From Candidatus Bathyarchaeota archaeon (lineage in GTDB: Archaea > Thermoproteota > Bathyarchaeia > Bathyarchaeales > Bathycorpusculaceae), in the NCBI GenBank assembly GCA_963811105.1, contig CAWEPZ010000002.1, positions 224,001 to 288,000 on the forward strand: a stretch of 64,000 bases of DNA, written 5' to 3'. Shown here in pieces: positions 47,998 through 59,774 of this stretch. Within the stretch, counting starts at the first letter, position 1, and each line of letters starts with the position of its first letter. The position numbers and the translations under genes were made by a program. The notes under the pieces are model-generated. The model did not search any database. It saw only the letters and a program-made list of their open reading frames with translations, and was not told the DNA's origin.

Positions 47998-49942
47998 ATG
48001 CAGTTTGAACTTATCTCGCCATACCCAATCTCGCCTGGACAGGAAGCTGCAGTCCAGAAGTTAGTGGACTGCTTTCCCAAGAAAGAAAAACAAACCCTTC
48101 TCGGAATTACTGGAAGCGGCAAAACTTTTGTGATGGCTAACGTGATTAATCGTCTTCAAGAACCTACTCTGATTCTGGCTCATAATAAGACGTTGGCTGC
48201 TCAGCTTTACGGTGAATTGAAAGAACTTTTCCCACATAACCGCGTGGAATACTTCATTTCATTTTATGATTTTTACCAGCCTGAATCGTATCTGCCTGCC
48301 CAAGACATGTACATAGAAAAAGACTCCGATGTCAATGAGGAAATAGAGAAAATGCGTATGCACGCTGTGTCTAGCGTAGTTAGCAGAAATGACACGATTA
48401 TTGTTGCCAGCATAAGCTGCATTTACAGCCTTGGAAACCCTAACGACTTTAAGACAATGGCCATCGACTTGCAAGTTGGGAAACAAACCACGAGGCAGCA
48501 GCTCATTCGCGCGCTTGTTGATATGCAATACGAGCGAAATGACATGGTCCTGGAGCCTGGCAGGTTTCGTGTGCGAGGTGACGTATTAGATGTTGTGCCT
48601 TCTTATGAAAACGATGTAATCCGCATTGAGCTTGCAGGGAATCAGATTAGGTAAAATAAAGGAGGTTCATTTGTTGTCCGGTGACGTTAAGGTTTCTCTT
48701 GATAAGTTTACGCTTTATCCTGCACGCCAATATGTGGTGCCTGAAGAGAAACATGCATTGGCACTTGAACATATTAAGCAAGAGTTGGAGCAGAGATTGC
48801 CTGAGCTTCCTCCGCTTGAGGCCCAACGGCTTAAACAGCGAACAAATTATGATTTAGAAATGATACGAGAAGTTGGTTTCTGCGCAGGTATGGAGAATTA
48901 CAGTCGCCACTTTGACGGGCGTAGACCTGGAGCTCCTCCATTCACTTTGATTGATTATTTCCCTAAAGATTACCTTCTCATTATTGACGAGAGCCACCAA
49001 ACCATTCCCCAAGCTCGTGCTATGTACAATGGTGACTACTCAAGAAAAAAGAACCTCGTGGACTTCGGCTTCAGACTCCCAAGCGCACTTGACAACAGGC
49101 CATTAAAGTTTGAGGAATTCGAGCAAAAAATGCACAAAGTTCTCTTTGTGTCCGCAACTCCAGCCGAATATGAACTGGAAAAAAGCGGATCTCCAGTAGA
49201 ATTAATCACACGCCCAACTGGTCTTTTGGATCCTGAAGTGGAAATGCATCCGATAGCCGGACAGATGCAACACTTAATGGCTGAAGCCAAGAAAACCATC
49301 GAGGGAGGCGACCGTATCCTAATTACAACTCTAACTAAGCGGATGGCGGAGGACCTTGCGGATTATCTTGTCAAGGAAGGTTTTCGCGTCAGGTATATGC
49401 ACTCTGACATTGACAGCTTAGACCGCATAGAACTGGTTCGACAACTTCGCGTTGGGGATTTCGATATTTTGGTGGGCATTAACCTGCTTCGTGAAGGTTT
49501 AGATATTCCTGAGGTTGCTACAATTTTCATTTTGGATGCAGACAAGGAAGGTTTTCTGCGAGATGAACGAAGCCTCATACAAACCATTGGTAGAGCATCA
49601 AGAAATGTCAAGGGTAGAGTCATACTTTACGCTGATGTCGAGACAAGATCGATTAAGCGGGCTATGGAAATCACTAATCGTAGACGGCAATTCCAGAAAC
49701 GTTTCAACCTAATCCATCACATTACGCCTAAGTCGATAGTGAAGAGTGTTTCTCTGAAGGAAAGCAAAATTAAAGGTACGAAGCATTTGGCAAAATCAGA
49801 TATTAGCCGTCAGATTATTGAGCTTGATGCGCAGATGAGGGAAGCGGCGGAAAAGCTTGAGTTTGAGCGAGCAATTGAGCTTAGAGATACCATTTCAGAG
49901 TTGACTATGGCTTTGTCTAGGAAGATGGAATCTGAGGTTTAA
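47998..49942 (+). CDS. uvrB: Excinuclease ABC subunit B with a +1 frameshift at ~48648
   Basis: [47 protein letters not shown]. Confidence 0.95.
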
Positions 49943-50038
49943 ACCCAGAAATTTAGGGTTTTGAGGCAAAAAGGTTCTAATCTGACCTGGTTAAACTGGT
50001 TATGATTTGCGGAAGCAGAGTAGGAAACTGATTTAGTT

Positions 50039-52939
50039 ATGAGAGATTCCATTTCCATTAAAGGTGCACGGGAACATAACCTCAAAAACATCGATGTTGA
50101 GTTGCCCAGAAACAAGTTTATAGTGATTACTGGGCTTTCCGGCTCAGGAAAATCCACCTTAGCCTTTGATACTATTTATGCTGAAGGCCAAAGAAGATAT
50201 GTTGAAAGTCTATCTGCTTACGCTCGGCAATTTCTCGGTTTAATGGATAAGCCAGATGTTGATTCAATCGACGGTTTATCTCCTGCAATCTCTATCGAAC
50301 AAAAAAGCACGAGCAAAAACCCACGCTCAACCGTTGGCACAGTCACGGAAATTTACGATTACCTTAGGTTGCTTTTTGCGCGGATCGGAACTCATCATTG
50401 TCCGAAATGTGGCAGCTCAATTCACCCACAGAGCCCAGAAAACATTACAAGCCTAGTAATGACTGAGAAAGAAAAAACCCTGACTTTTTTAGCTCCGGTA
50501 ATTCGAGGTATAAAGGGAACTCATGAGCAAGTTTTTGATGATTTAAAAAAGCAAGGCTACACAAAAATTCGCGTTGACCAAAAAATCTATGACTCAGATA
50601 GAATCAAAGAAGAGCTTAAGCTTGTTCGCTATGAGAAGCACTGGATTGAAGCAGTTATTGACACAGTAAAGATTGCTGATGAGGAACGTGCTCGTATTTC
50701 TGAAGCTGTTGAGCAGGCGCTTCAAGTTGGCAAAGGAACTATGATAGTTATCAACGCAGAGAAAGCTCAGGTTGAAAAGAAAAAGGAGCTTGAACGCTTT
50801 GAGGATGAGACAATGTTCAGTACTTTTGGCGCTTGCCCTAACCATCCTGAAATCGTTTTTGAAAGTCTTGAGCCACGCATGTTCTCCTTTAACTCACCCT
50901 TTGGTGCTTGCACTACATGCCATGGCTTAGGCGAAATAACAGAAATCTCTGAAGACAAAATTATTCCAGACAAAAACCTTTCCATAATTGATGGCGCTTT
51001 GGCTGTTTATGGCAGCATGGATCTTAGTTGGCGAGCCCAGCAGCTTGCAATGGTTGGAAAAAAACATGGGTTTGACGTTTTTACTCAACTTAAAGATTTT
51101 TCTGAACAGCAGCGCCACGTGCTCCTATATGGTGACAAGGAACCCGTGAACGGCCAGTGGTCAAACGGAGCTAGCATGTGGATGCGTGATGGTTGGGAAG
51201 GCGTAATCCCGCAAACCATGAGGCTCTATCGACAAACTGAAAGTGCCTGGCGAAAAGAAGATATAGAAAAATTCATGACTTCCAGACCCTGTAACGCCTG
51301 CAACGGCAAAAAGCTGCAGCCTGTAGTCTTGGCTGTAAAAATCTTGGATAAAAGTATCATTGATTCGACTGACTTGTCAATTGAAGAATCAGTTGCCTTC
51401 TTCAAAAACTTACCAGCAAAACTTAATGAAAAAGAATTAGCCATTGGGAAACAGGTACTTAAGGAAGTTAATGAGCGGTTGGGTTTTCTGAAGAATGTTG
51501 GTTTAGGCTATCTCTCGCTTTCTCGTGCTGCAAAAACCCTTTCTGGCGGGGAAGCTCAAAGAATTCGTTTAGCGACACAGATTGGCAGTAACCTGATGGG
51601 CGTCCTCTACATTCTTGATGAGCCAAGTATTGGTTTGCATCAGAGAGACAATGCTAAACTCATAAGCACGCTGCATCGGTTGCGTGATTTAGGCAACACA
51701 CTCATTGTCGTAGAACATGATGAGGAAACCATTCGGAATGCTGATTACATTGTTGACATGGGCCCGGGAGCAGGAGTCCATGGCGGGCATGTAGTCGCGG
51801 AAGGATCACCTGAAGAAATCATGTTAAACAAGCGAAGCCTTACAGGTAAATACCTCTCAGGCGAATTTAAAATTGAGATACCTGAGACAAGGCGTAAACC
51901 CGTTGATTTCATCACTGTTAAAGGTGCACAAGAAAATAACCTTAAAAACCTCACACTGGAGCTTCCATTAGGTGTACTATGCGGAGTTACAGGGGTATCT
52001 GGCTCTGGTAAAAGCACGCTTATGAATCTGACTGTTATTCCTGCATTGCGGCAAATGTTCGGTGAACAAGCTGACAAAGTTGGAAAACATGAGTCAATTG
52101 ACGTTCCAAGCATTATTAGAAATGTTATAGTTATTGATCAAGATCCAATTGGGCGGACTCCTAGGAGCAATCCCGCTACTTACACCAAACTTTTCGACGA
52201 GATTAGACGCATTTTCGCATCAACAAAAGAGGCGAAAGCACGTGGCTACAAGGAAGGTCGATTCAGCTTTAACGTAAGAGGCGGTAGATGCGAAACCTGC
52301 CAAGGAGACGGCGTTCTTCGAATTGAAATGAATTTCCTGCCAGACGTTTACGTGCAATGTAGCGACTGCAAAGGCAAACGATACAACAAAGAAACCCTCA
52401 GTGTTCTTTTCAAAGGCAAAAACATTGCCGAAGTATTGGATATGACTGTTGAAGAAGCAGCAAAATTCTTTGAGAATACTCCAAGAATTTCGCGCAAACT
52501 AACCACGCTATTAGATGTCGGATTAGGCTACATTAAGCTGGGGCAAAGCTCAACCACGCTATCAGGCGGAGAGAGCCAACGCATAAAAATCACACGTGAA
52601 CTCAGCAAACACAAGTCGGGACACGTTGTCTACATGCTTGACGAGCCCACTACAGGCCTGCATTTTGATGATACTAAACGGTTGATTCGAGTGTTAAATC
52701 GGCTAGTTGACAACGGCAACACCGTCTACATCATTGAACATAACTTAGACGTAATCAAAAGCTGCGATTACCTAATTGATTTGGGTCCTGAAGGAGGAGC
52801 AGCTGGCGGCGAACTGCTAGCACAGGGAACACCTGAAGACCTCATGCACATCAAGGGATCTTATACGGGCATGTTTTTGAAAAAAATACTTAACCACCCG
52901 CATGAAGAAGATAGTTTGGCAGTGAAACAGACTGCATGA
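50039..52939 (+). CDS. uvrA: Excinuclease ABC subunit A
   Basis: [36 protein letters not shown]. Confidence 0.98.
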   Translation: MRDSISIKGAREHNLKNIDVELPRNKFIVITGLSGSGKSTLAFDTIYAEGQRRYVESLSAYARQFLGLMDKPDVDSIDGLSPAISIEQKSTSKNPRSTVGTVTEIYDYLRLLFARIGTHHCPKCGSSIHPQSPENITSLVMTEKEKTLTFLAPVIRGIKGTHEQVFDDLKKQGYTKIRVDQKIYDSDRIKEELKLVRYEKHWIEAVIDTVKIADEERARISEAVEQALQVGKGTMIVINAEKAQVEKKKELERFEDETMFSTFGACPNHPEIVFESLEPRMFSFNSPFGACTTCHGLGEITEISEDKIIPDKNLSIIDGALAVYGSMDLSWRAQQLAMVGKKHGFDVFTQLKDFSEQQRHVLLYGDKEPVNGQWSNGASMWMRDGWEGVIPQTMRLYRQTESAWRKEDIEKFMTSRPCNACNGKKLQPVVLAVKILDKSIIDSTDLSIEESVAFFKNLPAKLNEKELAIGKQVLKEVNERLGFLKNVGLGYLSLSRAAKTLSGGEAQRIRLATQIGSNLMGVLYILDEPSIGLHQRDNAKLISTLHRLRDLGNTLIVVEHDEETIRNADYIVDMGPGAGVHGGHVVAEGSPEEIMLNKRSLTGKYLSGEFKIEIPETRRKPVDFITVKGAQENNLKNLTLELPLGVLCGVTGVSGSGKSTLMNLTVIPALRQMFGEQADKVGKHESIDVPSIIRNVIVIDQDPIGRTPRSNPATYTKLFDEIRRIFASTKEAKARGYKEGRFSFNVRGGRCETCQGDGVLRIEMNFLPDVYVQCSDCKGKRYNKETLSVLFKGKNIAEVLDMTVEEAAKFFENTPRISRKLTTLLDVGLGYIKLGQSSTTLSGGESQRIKITRELSKHKSGHVVYMLDEPTTGLHFDDTKRLIRVLNRLVDNGNTVYIIEHNLDVIKSCDYLIDLGPEGGAAGGELLAQGTPEDLMHIKGSYTGMFLKKILNHPHEEDSLAVKQTA

Positions 52940-54540
52940 TAAAAATAAGTTGCCCTCAAGACTTCAAAAGCCAAGATATACCGACCAACCCAGGAGTCTA
53001 CTTATACAAAGACGAAGCAGGCGAAATTCTCTATATCGGCAAAGCCAAAAGCCTGCGATCTCGTGTTAAAAGCTATTTTTCAAATACCGACCAACCCGCG
53101 AAAACAAGGCAGCTAGTTTCGCATATTAAGAAAATTGATTGGATAATTGTCAACACTGAGGTTGAGGCGCTTCTTTTGGAGAATAAGCTGGTTAAGCAGC
53201 ACACGCCCAAGTACAACATAGACCTCAAAGATGCTAAAACCTTTGCTTATATTTCGCTCACACGCGAGGATTTTCCAAGGGTTCTTACCAGCCGTAAAGT
53301 GTCGCGGAAACTTGAATCCTTCGGGCCATACACTGAGGGATTTATTCGACAGGATCTTCAACGTTTAGTCGTACGAGTCTTCAAACTGCGCACCTGCAAA
53401 ACCATGCACAAACGTGCTTGCCTAAACTACCATATCAACAATTGCACTGCTCCATGCATTGAAAAAGTAAACGCCGAACAATACGCAGAACAAGTCAAGC
53501 ATGCCCGCTCTTTTCTAAATGGCAATTACCAGAAAACAATCGACCTGCTCAGGTCCCAGATGCAAAATGCTTCGGCGGAGCGGAAATATGAAGAAGCTCT
53601 TGACCTCCGAAACCAAATCGCATCCATTAGACTTTTGACGCAACATCAGATAGTAGATCATGAGAGACGTTTTGACCAAGACATTCTGGCGTTTCGGCAA
53701 GTAGGTGAGAAAATGTTGGCAGTTCAGATGGGGGTGCGTAAGGGCGTGTTGCGTGGTAAATCTGAATTTAGCGTTGATTTGCAGCCTCAGATTGAGCAGG
53801 AGTTTTTGAAGGCTTATTATGTAGCCAATCAAATTCCGCGTGAAATCTTGTTGAATAAGCCTTGTTGGCAGGGCACCGAAGAGAAAAAGGCTTTGGAAGA
53901 GTTTCTCTCGGCAAAACGAAATGCGCCTGTTTCCTTGACTATTCCTAGGCGGGCTGATAAGCTTGCGCTTGTAAAGTTGGCAGAGAAAAACTTGGAATCC
54001 ACATTGGAGGTTGACAGTGCATTAGTTGATTTGCAGAATTCCTTTAATCTTCCAGTTTTGCCCCGTGTAATTGAAAGCTTTGACATTTCAAATTTGGGGC
54101 AGGAACATGTGGTCTCGGGAATGGTTAGCTTCAAGGATGCGAAACCTGATAAGAGAAACTACCGCAAATTCAAAATCAAAACTTTCATTGGACAAGATGA
54201 TTTTGCTGCAGTCAACGAAGTTGTCTCAAGAAGGTACAAACGTTTGGTTGAAGAAAAAAGCACGTTGCCTGACTTAGTCATTATTGACGGTGGACCAGGG
54301 CAGGTGAGTGCTGCAAAAGCGGCGTTGCAAACGCTCGGACTGCAGATTCCGCTAATTGGTTTGGCTAAGGAGCATGAGGAAATCTATTTACCCGATGAGT
54401 CTGCATCGAGAAGTTTTGATAAGAATAGTAGAATGATGCTTCTGTTGAGAAAAATCCGTGATGCTACTCATGAGTTTTCGCTGGGCTACAATCTCAAGAG
54501 ACGGCAAATGAAAATTCGGGAAGAATTCAAACATGCATAG
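52936..54540 (+). CDS. uvrC: Excinuclease ABC subunit C, no C-terminal HhH domain
   Basis: PGVYLY..YIGKAKSLRSRV, FDISN, DDFA, IDGG.GQ, IRDATH. Confidence 0.95.
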   Translation: MIKISCPQDFKSQDIPTNPGVYLYKDEAGEILYIGKAKSLRSRVKSYFSNTDQPAKTRQLVSHIKKIDWIIVNTEVEALLLENKLVKQHTPKYNIDLKDAKTFAYISLTREDFPRVLTSRKVSRKLESFGPYTEGFIRQDLQRLVVRVFKLRTCKTMHKRACLNYHINNCTAPCIEKVNAEQYAEQVKHARSFLNGNYQKTIDLLRSQMQNASAERKYEEALDLRNQIASIRLLTQHQIVDHERRFDQDILAFRQVGEKMLAVQMGVRKGVLRGKSEFSVDLQPQIEQEFLKAYYVANQIPREILLNKPCWQGTEEKKALEEFLSAKRNAPVSLTIPRRADKLALVKLAEKNLESTLEVDSALVDLQNSFNLPVLPRVIESFDISNLGQEHVVSGMVSFKDAKPDKRNYRKFKIKTFIGQDDFAAVNEVVSRRYKRLVEEKSTLPDLVIIDGGPGQVSAAKAALQTLGLQIPLIGLAKEHEEIYLPDESASRSFDKNSRMMLLLRKIRDATHEFSLGYNLKRRQMKIREEFKHA

Positions 54541-54641
54541 GATGTTCCGTACGATACCCTGTGCGGTTTAACGGCGGCGTGAGTCTTAAATTTATATGAA
54601 CTAATCGCAGCAATCTAGTAGAGGAAACGGAAGTTTGTATC

Positions 54642-55337
54642 ATGACCGAAGAAAGCGCAAACACTCGGATGAGGCACCGCATAGAATCCCTCTCCGATCT
54701 GATTTTCGGTTTGGCGCTTTCTATAGGCGCCCTGACTTTGATAGGTCAACCGCCCAGCGATTTTCCGCACTTGCTCGCGTACATCCTGTATTACGGTTTC
54801 AGTTTTCTAATCCTCATTAGCATTTGGCGCTCCTATACTCGCATCATGACTTTGTTGCCTGTAGAAACAAACCATATAATTAACCTCAATATTCTTCTGC
54901 TCTTCTTGGTCTCTATAGAACCCTACCTTTTCAACCAACTCCTTTTCTCGCAGAGCCTTGCTTGGGCAGAAAATGTTTCAATAGTTTACGCGTTCAACCT
55001 AGGTGCTTTGTTCATGATTCAGACATTCTTCGCTAACTCCATAGTAAGCGAGAAAAAACAAAGCATGTCCCAAGAATTGGTTGGCGAGTATAAATTTAGA
55101 AGATATGTCTTGTTGATTTCTGCCGTTCTTTTCTTTGTCTCGGCCTTGCCTGTTTTCTGGTCTTGGAGAATCGCATTAAGCAACGATACCCAAGTTCAGT
55201 TGAGGTTTATAATTTGGATTATACCCCTATTATCGCCACTAATAGTTCGCCTTAGAACACACCAAAAAATGAAGAATCACTCGCCTCTAAATCCGTTACC
55301 GCGCAAAGTAACAGCCCTTAAAAATAGTACGCTCTAA
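54642..55337 (+). CDS. TMEM175/DUF1211 family membrane protein
   Basis: RIESLSDLIFGLALSI, about six TMs. Confidence 0.8.
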   Translation: MTEESANTRMRHRIESLSDLIFGLALSIGALTLIGQPPSDFPHLLAYILYYGFSFLILISIWRSYTRIMTLLPVETNHIINLNILLLFLVSIEPYLFNQLLFSQSLAWAENVSIVYAFNLGALFMIQTFFANSIVSEKKQSMSQELVGEYKFRRYVLLISAVLFFVSALPVFWSWRIALSNDTQVQLRFIIWIIPLLSPLIVRLRTHQKMKNHSPLNPLPRKVTALKNSTL

Positions 55338-55396
55338 TCAAAAGGCTACAAGCACTTTCAAAAAATTGCAACTCTTATTAGCATAAATATTCATAT

Positions 55397-56347
55397 TTGT
55401 GTTGGTTAGAAATGCCTATAATTAATTCAATAATGGAAAAAGCAGTTGCATATGATAAAAATGGGTTAGTCAAGATTGAGATCGATAATGCACTTGTTTC
55501 ACTGAAAGATTTTAGGTCAAAATTTCCTTTCACTGAAAATCCGGAGTCAATAGACAAGCTGATGCCCGACAAAGTCTTTAAATTTAATCCAGATGCGGTT
55601 GGAGAATTTTTCCAATATTTAGTTGGTTCTCTTAATCCACTTGGTCACCTTAGAATCCGTGACTCCAATATTTTTGCCAATATTAGAATGCAAATTGATG
55701 ATTTCAAGGATTTGCTTCACGTTGTGGTTAATAAGAAAAAGTCTCTGGCTCAAAAAGTAGATGCTCCTTGGGAAAAAATAAGAGGTTTAGGACAAGAGAG
55801 GCAAATTGCGAGTAAAATCATATTTTGCTTTAATTATGAAAGCGGAAATGTTTTACCCATCTTTAGCACCGTTCATTTGAGACATTTCGTTAGTCGAATA
55901 ATTGACAATCCAAATCGTCAAGCAAAATATTATTCGCTCGGCGAAGAATATGAGTTCTATACTTCTGAACTGCTGAGAGCAAAAGATAAACTGCCCATAA
56001 CGCAACCTTGGGAAATCACATACTTTGCCCGATTTCTATACAATAGTTACCCACCGCCAGACAGAGAATCTACCCCAACCAACGTAGCCGGTGAAAGAAA
56101 AAGCGGAAACATAGAAACACACGAACAGTTAAAGCTAAGAGAATTCGTAAAACTACTCGGCGAATTACAAACAAAAGGGAAAATCACTGGACAACAATTC
56201 AGAGAGAACCGCGAATTGTGGATGCAACAACAACCCAATGACCGAGACGTTCTTGCCTGGCGACTAAAGCAACTCCTAAACATAGAACCCAAAACAAACC
56301 CTGACTCGCCAAGAAATCAACCATTGCAAAAACACCGTAAACTATAG
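55397..56347 (+). CDS. Hypothetical protein
   Basis: Long ORF with no recognised motif. Confidence 0.65.
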   Translation: MCWLEMPIINSIMEKAVAYDKNGLVKIEIDNALVSLKDFRSKFPFTENPESIDKLMPDKVFKFNPDAVGEFFQYLVGSLNPLGHLRIRDSNIFANIRMQIDDFKDLLHVVVNKKKSLAQKVDAPWEKIRGLGQERQIASKIIFCFNYESGNVLPIFSTVHLRHFVSRIIDNPNRQAKYYSLGEEYEFYTSELLRAKDKLPITQPWEITYFARFLYNSYPPPDRESTPTNVAGERKSGNIETHEQLKLREFVKLLGELQTKGKITGQQFRENRELWMQQQPNDRDVLAWRLKQLLNIEPKTNPDSPRNQPLQKHRKL

Positions 56348-56363
56348 TCAATTAAAGTAATTT

Positions 56364-56441
56364 TGGCGGGCCCGACGGGAATTGAACCCGCGACCTACGG
56401 ATTAAGAGTCCGCCGCTCTAGCCTGACTGAGCCACGGGCCC
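56364..56441 (-). tRNA. tRNA-Lys (CTT), CCA encoded
   Basis: GGGCCCG acceptor stem, GCGGA-CTCTTAA-TCCGT anticodon arm, GGTTCAATTCC T-arm. Confidence 0.97.
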
Positions 56442-56565
56442 GCATAAGGCTCTTTTGAAAAAGGTTTCACTGAATAATATAGAGCTTGCGGTTTTGTAGT
56501 TGCCGGGCCTGTTGCAGTGAAAAACTAATAACAAAGTATTTCTTTACACATATGGAGCAGTTTTT

Positions 56566-57480
56566 ATGGTAAACCATCAAGGCGAAGTTTTCGTTTTACA
56601 AACATCAGATAGAGTAACAGGCGTTCCTGAACTGCTTAAAAAGTTTGACCTTGGCGATTATTCTGGTAAGCACGTGGCTTTGAAAGCTAATTTTAACAGT
56701 GCTGACCCGTTTCCAGCCTCAACACATCTAGACACGCTGAGAGCCCTGGTTGAAGCCATAAAGAGAGCTGGCGCTAACGATATAACTCTGGCCGAACGTA
56801 GCGGCATGGGCAAAACAGAGAAGGTTTTGGAGCAAATGGGTGTTTTAGCCCTATCAAAAGAACTTGACTTCAACGCTGTTATCTTAGATGATGTTGGCAA
56901 AGATGACTGGCTCAAAGTTGAACACACAGACACACATTGGCTAAAAGGGTTCTACATTGCAAAAGTATTCCACGACGCCGAAAAAGTTGTGCAAACCTGC
57001 TGCCTCAAAACCCACCGATTCGGCGGTCACTTTACGCTTTCAATGAAGAACTCTGTCGGTTTAGTAGCGAAAAAGGTTCCGGGCGGAATGTACGATTACA
57101 TGTGGGAACTGCACGGCTCACCCTATCAACGTCAGATGATTGCGGAAATAAACTGCAACTACAACGTAGACTTTGTGTTGATGGATGGAATAAAAGCCTT
57201 CATAACTGGCGGTCCTGAAAACGGGACAGTTGTTGAGCCCAATCTTTTACTTGCCAGTAAAGACCGAGTGGCTATTGACGCAGTTGGGGTGGCAATTCTC
57301 AAGAAATATGGTGCCAAAGGCAAAATTGGCAAAGCAAACGTTTTCGATCAAGATCAACTTAAGCGAGCGAAAGAGCTGGGGTTTGGAGTAAAATCAGCTG
57401 ATGAAATAAAGTTGACACCTCTAAACGATGACAGCAGAGCTGAAGTTGAGCAAATAGAACAGATGCTTAGAGTTCATTAA
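56566..57480 (+). CDS. DUF362 domain protein
   Basis: LKANFN, LKTH....TLSMKN, DRVAIDAV. Confidence 0.85.
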   Translation: MVNHQGEVFVLQTSDRVTGVPELLKKFDLGDYSGKHVALKANFNSADPFPASTHLDTLRALVEAIKRAGANDITLAERSGMGKTEKVLEQMGVLALSKELDFNAVILDDVGKDDWLKVEHTDTHWLKGFYIAKVFHDAEKVVQTCCLKTHRFGGHFTLSMKNSVGLVAKKVPGGMYDYMWELHGSPYQRQMIAEINCNYNVDFVLMDGIKAFITGGPENGTVVEPNLLLASKDRVAIDAVGVAILKKYGAKGKIGKANVFDQDQLKRAKELGFGVKSADEIKLTPLNDDSRAEVEQIEQMLRVH

Positions 57481-58141
57481 CACGCAATAGTATGTCTGGT
57501 TTATCGCTGGCTATGCCATCCACGCCTTTCTTAGCGTATTCCTCGACTTCTTGAGGGTTGTTTATAGTCCAAACTACAACTTTTAAACCGAACTGATGCG
57601 CTTTCTCCACATTTGCCGTATGCGTGAACTTGTAGAAGGCAAGAAGATAATTCGCCTTCAAATCCAAAGCCGCTTTCTGCGGGTTGCTGTGCTTTGCGTA
57701 AATCAAGCCAGTCTCAATATCCTTGTTCAACTCCCGGACTTTTCTGAGCGCATCTTCCAGAAAAGAAACAACTACAACATTCTTCTCCAAGCCCTTCTTA
57801 TGAACTATAGAGAGCACTTGTTCTTCAAAGCCGGTATCCTTCAACTCAATAAACACCTTGACCTTCTCATCCAAAAAATCCAGCGCTTCCTCCAAAGTCG
57901 GGATTTTCTCGCCTTCAGCGGAGAGACTTTTGATTTCCTTGAGGGCGAGGTCCCTTACCAAGCCTTCGCCGTTGGTTGTGCGTTTAACGTCTGCGTCGTG
58001 TATAACGACAAGCTGGTTGTCTTTGGTTTTTCTTACGTCTAACTCAATCGCGTCTACGCCGATTTCTAGGGCTTTCTTAAAACTTTTCAATGTATTTTCC
58101 GGCGCATAAGCTCTTGCGCCTCTGTGACCAATAAGCAACAT
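57467..58141 (-). CDS. glpQ: Glycerophosphodiester phosphodiesterase
   Basis: GHRGA..APENT, ELDV..TKD, IHD, WTIN. Confidence 0.93.
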   Translation of the reverse strand: MLLIGHRGARAYAPENTLKSFKKALEIGVDAIELDVRKTKDNQLVVIHDADVKRTTNGEGLVRDLALKEIKSLSAEGEKIPTLEEALDFLDEKVKVFIELKDTGFEEQVLSIVHKKGLEKNVVVVSFLEDALRKVRELNKDIETGLIYAKHSNPQKAALDLKANYLLAFYKFTHTANVEKAHQFGLKVVVWTINNPQEVEEYAKKGVDGIASDKPDILLRVNEL

Positions 58142-58311
58142 GATAAACTGTTCTTCAAAGTAGGAATAATACGTTTTGTAAAAAGAATTCCTAAAGGGAG
58201 AGGGGAATCATTACTTGAGTGAAGTTCTAAAAGGCAAAAAGAGCAATTTGAAAAGATAATTAGAGTAAAATTGAATGCTTAAATAGTAAACGAAACTCAC
58301 TGAAAGATTGA

Positions 58312-58785
58312 GTGAAGCGCGCTATGTCTTTTAATGAAAAAGTCGTAATGAATCCGATAGGTGTGGTCAAAACAAACGCTGTCGGAGACGAGGTTAAAGA
58401 CAAAACCAGAATCTCACAAATTATACTCAATGATGAGTTAGCTCAAGCTTTAGAGGGTATTGCCGATTTTTCCCATTTGTTTGTTATTTTCTGGATGAGC
58501 CAAATCCAGGAGGATAAACGGATGGTTCTCAAGGTTCATCCGAGAGGAAGAATGGACCTGCCTTTGCTTGGAGTCTTCGCCACCAGAACAAACCTTCGAC
58601 CAAACCCCATAGGTCTAACGTTAGTTGAATTGTTAAAAGTTGATGGCTTGACTCTGACTGTTCGAGGTCTTGACGCTTACGACGGGACACCCATATTGGA
58701 CATTAAGCCATTTGACTTCTGGGATAATGCTGAGCAAGCTAGAGTTCCTGAATGGTGGACAAAGCTGAACAACAAAAAAAATTAG
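58312..58785 (+). CDS. trmO: tRNA m6t6A37 methyltransferase TrmO/TsaA
   Basis: GVFATR...RPNPIGLT, GLDAYDGTPILDIKP. Confidence 0.92.
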   Translation: MKRAMSFNEKVVMNPIGVVKTNAVGDEVKDKTRISQIILNDELAQALEGIADFSHLFVIFWMSQIQEDKRMVLKVHPRGRMDLPLLGVFATRTNLRPNPIGLTLVELLKVDGLTLTVRGLDAYDGTPILDIKPFDFWDNAEQARVPEWWTKLNNKKN

Positions 58786-58788
58786 TGC

Positions 58789-59289
58789 TCACATCAAGTC
58801 TTTAATGTCGTATTTTGTGTCAAGCAATCTTAAGAGTTCTTTTCTAAGTTCTTCAGCTGTAAACCCTCCTGCCTTGATGCCCCTAATTTGATCCGCAAGC
58901 TCTGTCTCCTTGCAAGCTTCTTTTAGCCAGTTTTCAAAGTCGCCTCTGTAGAGATGGAACTCAAGGGAATCAACATTGACCTGTTTGATAAACCTGTAAA
59001 ACTCCTCCAGTGTCAGTGCAGTTAAGGCTGTGGGTGAGTCTATGCCGTTGTAAAAGTGAAAACCCATCTCATTGATAACAGGTGCGAGCGCTTTAAGCAC
59101 TGATTTTCCTTTTTCAGTAACCCCATATCCGTTTCCGACCTTGTGCAAAAAGCCTTTTTTTGCCAGTTCGTGGATTTGCTGTATTGCTTGATCTGGATTC
59201 AAATTTACTTTTTTAGCAAACATGTTCAGATCCATGCGACTTGTGGCTTCACTCATTGTTTTCAAAACTTTAAATTGCTCATCATTCAA
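58789..59289 (-). CDS. wHTH + DUF5752-like domain protein
   Basis: N-terminal wHTH; FHF...SLEFHLYRGDFENW. Confidence 0.7.
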   Translation of the reverse strand: MNDEQFKVLKTMSEATSRMDLNMFAKKVNLNPDQAIQQIHELAKKGFLHKVGNGYGVTEKGKSVLKALAPVINEMGFHFYNGIDSPTALTALTLEEFYRFIKQVNVDSLEFHLYRGDFENWLKEACKETELADQIRGIKAGGFTAEELRKELLRLLDTKYDIKDLM

Positions 59290-59419
59290 TAATTATCCCT
59301 CAAATAGTAATAACAACACATCTTCTATATTCATTAAACGGAAATTTATGTCTTAACGAGTTCCACGCAAAGAAAAGCATTTACCCCTTCAGGAACTGAA
59401 CATTATTTGGTGAATCCAT

Positions 59420-59743
59420 TTGAAAAATAATTACATTGTCATATTAGTTACCACTAAAGATAAGTTGGAAGCAGAAAAAATATCGCAGGTGCTTTTGAAA
59501 GAACGATTGATTGCTTGTGCAAACATCGTTAATCCAGTCACGTCATTTTTTTATTGGGTTGACAAAATTGACAAGGCTGAGGAATGCTTAATCGTTATGA
59601 AATCTAGAATGGACCTTTTTGAGCAAGTTGCAGAGCAGGTTAAGCAGTTGCATAGTTATAAGGTTCCGGAGATTCTGGCGGTTCCGATTGTTGAGAGTTC
59701 GAAGACTTATTTGGATTGGATGAGTGTCGTTTTAAAACCTTAA
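59420..59743 (+). CDS. cutA: Divalent-cation tolerance protein CutA
   Basis: LIACANI, SFFYW, HSYKVPEI, YLDW. Confidence 0.93.
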   Translation: MKNNYIVILVTTKDKLEAEKISQVLLKERLIACANIVNPVTSFFYWVDKIDKAEECLIVMKSRMDLFEQVAEQVKQLHSYKVPEILAVPIVESSKTYLDWMSVVLKP

Positions 59744-59774
59744 TGTATGTTTGTGTACTGGCAAGCCTTAAATA

